Virus record (IMG/VR): IMGVR_UViG_3300045988_159027
Source of the DNA: a virus
Length of the DNA: 64,000 bases
Reading direction: 5' to 3' (one strand)
In this document: positions 63,297 through 64,000 of the stretch, piece by piece
How positions within the stretch are numbered: position 1 is the first letter of the stretch
How the letters are laid out: every line of letters begins with the position of its first letter
Made by a program: the position numbers and the translations under genes
The notes under the pieces: generated by a model
What the model was told of the DNA's origin: nothing
Database searches by the model: none
Seen by the model: only the letters and a program-made list of their open reading frames with translations

Positions 63297-63372
63297 AAAA
63301 TTAAATTTCACACAAAACAGATTATCATAAAAAAGAAATTGTATATTTGTAATGCCCATAAAGAACTATAAG

Positions 63373-63456
63373 TCACATCTTCATGCCGTGTAATCCGTAA
63401 AATCGGATTCAGAGTGGTTCTCTGTGGGCGCACGGCATGAAGATGTGATTTTTTTT
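63373..63456 (+). terminator. Large nested hairpin followed by a T8 tract
   Basis: TCACATCTTCATGCCGTG / CACGGCATGAAGATGTGA 18-bp stem. An inner hairpin AATCCG-taaaat-CGGATT sits in the loop. Followed by TTTTTTTT. Confidence 0.65.
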
Positions 63457-63530
63457 AAGATATGAATGAGAAGCAAAAAATCATAGTGGGGGAATACTTT
63501 CAATAATAAAAGACAGTCATACCATACTGA

Positions 63531-63641
63531 CTATTGCAGTAACAGCAGTATGTACTTCCTTAATATATACCCTATCACCAAACCTAAAGGAGCTCCTAAA
63601 ATTATTCCTACAATGGTGCAAATCAATTTTCTTTTCTTCAT
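63531..63641 (-). CDS. 36-aa membrane peptide candidate
   Basis: MKKRKLICTIVGIILGAPLGLVIGYILRKYILLLLQ. An internal ATG of ORF 63531..63794 is used as the start. Confidence 0.3.
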   Translation of the reverse strand: MKKRKLICTIVGIILGAPLGLVIGYILRKYILLLLQ

Positions 63642-63822
63642 AGATTTTTTATTTTTAGCAAAGATACTAAAAGGAAACGTATGTAGAAAGGACAATACAT
63701 AAAGTATATAAAGGCAATCGGACGGAATCCGGTTGCCTTTTTTTGTATTCCCTTCAAAACTGAATAACAATCTGATAATTTGGAATTGAAACAAAGGATT
63801 TTTGCCCGATTCACGATGAAAA

Positions 63823-64000
63823 CCCCGCGCCTCGCTACGTGTGACGCGTCCCCCTGGGACCCCGTCCGGCGGTGATATATGCCCGGGCGGTGGCCGCGTC
63901 CGGCGGCGCGGCGCGGCCCGCCGTGCCTGGTGGCTGCTGGTGTCCGCTGGTGTCCGCTGGTGTCCGCTGGTGTCCGCTGGTGTCCGCTGGTGTCCGCTGG
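63823..64000. other. Compositionally foreign GC-rich segment
   Basis: Abrupt change from AT-rich phage-like DNA to a CG-dense stretch (ccccgcgcctcgc...ggcggcgcggcgcggcccgcc). It runs off the window. Confidence 0.8.
63941..64000. repeat. 10-bp tandem repeat TGTCCGCTGG, six perfect copies, truncated by window end
   Basis: Six perfect copies, preceded by two degenerate copies (CCGTGCCTGG, TGGCTGCTGG) at 63921-63940. Confidence 0.9.

Noticed and set aside
63941-64000. Possible CRISPR array.
   Set aside because: The 10-bp units are directly abutting with no spacers. This is a simple tandem repeat, and no cas genes are nearby.

Overview
About 63.8 kb of this window reads as one temperate tailed-phage (prophage) genome of Bacteroidales type. 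The last ~180 bp are compositionally foreign, GC-rich DNA ending in a 10-bp tandem repeat. The host call rests on TAnnTTTG -7 boxes, the absence of Shine-Dalgarno sequences (A/C-rich leaders instead), FFSC-type lipoprotein signals, a Bacteroides-type HU and a Bacteroides-type tyrosine recombinase.

Modules from left to right:
- 1-5467: tail/fibre block, truncated at the left edge.
- 5027-5973: a putative invertible coding switch, next to a tyrosine recombinase (6024-7163, minus strand).
- 7506-10326: lysis cassette (holin-like protein, amidase endolysin, membrane protein).
- 10394-13040: late genes of unknown function.
- 13261-14046 (minus strand): lipoprotein moron.
- 14213-17729: XRE-type switch with a Rha/KilAC antirepressor module.
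- 18425-27472: tape measure protein (1924 aa) and distal tail genes.
- 27461-28750 (minus strand): regulator with four HTH repeats, with an operator cluster upstream.
- 28888-33504: replication genes, including a 1100-aa primase-helicase.
- 33526-44886: about 35 small early genes, including a DNA methyltransferase, a MazG-like gene and tandem paralogs.
- 44887-45935: 1.05-kb non-coding region rich in repeats.
- 46689-57378: head and packaging genes (S49 protease/scaffold, capsid protein, tandem paralog pair, DUF2829/Tad2-like moron, terminase).
- 57557-63296: accessory genes (HIRAN protein, lipoprotein, second KilA-N/KilAC antirepressor module, HU).

I saw no tRNA, rRNA or CRISPR array.

Most interesting observations:
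1. A 17-bp in-frame inverted repeat pair that could swap two alternative C-terminal domains onto a single start codon.
2. Two recurring promoter/operator motif families.
3. A 254-bp perfect direct repeat bracketing 44.8 kb.
4. An iteron-rich non-coding kilobase.
5. A Tad2-like moron.

Everything was done by eye. No HMM, BLAST or folding computation was run, so all family calls are motif-level.
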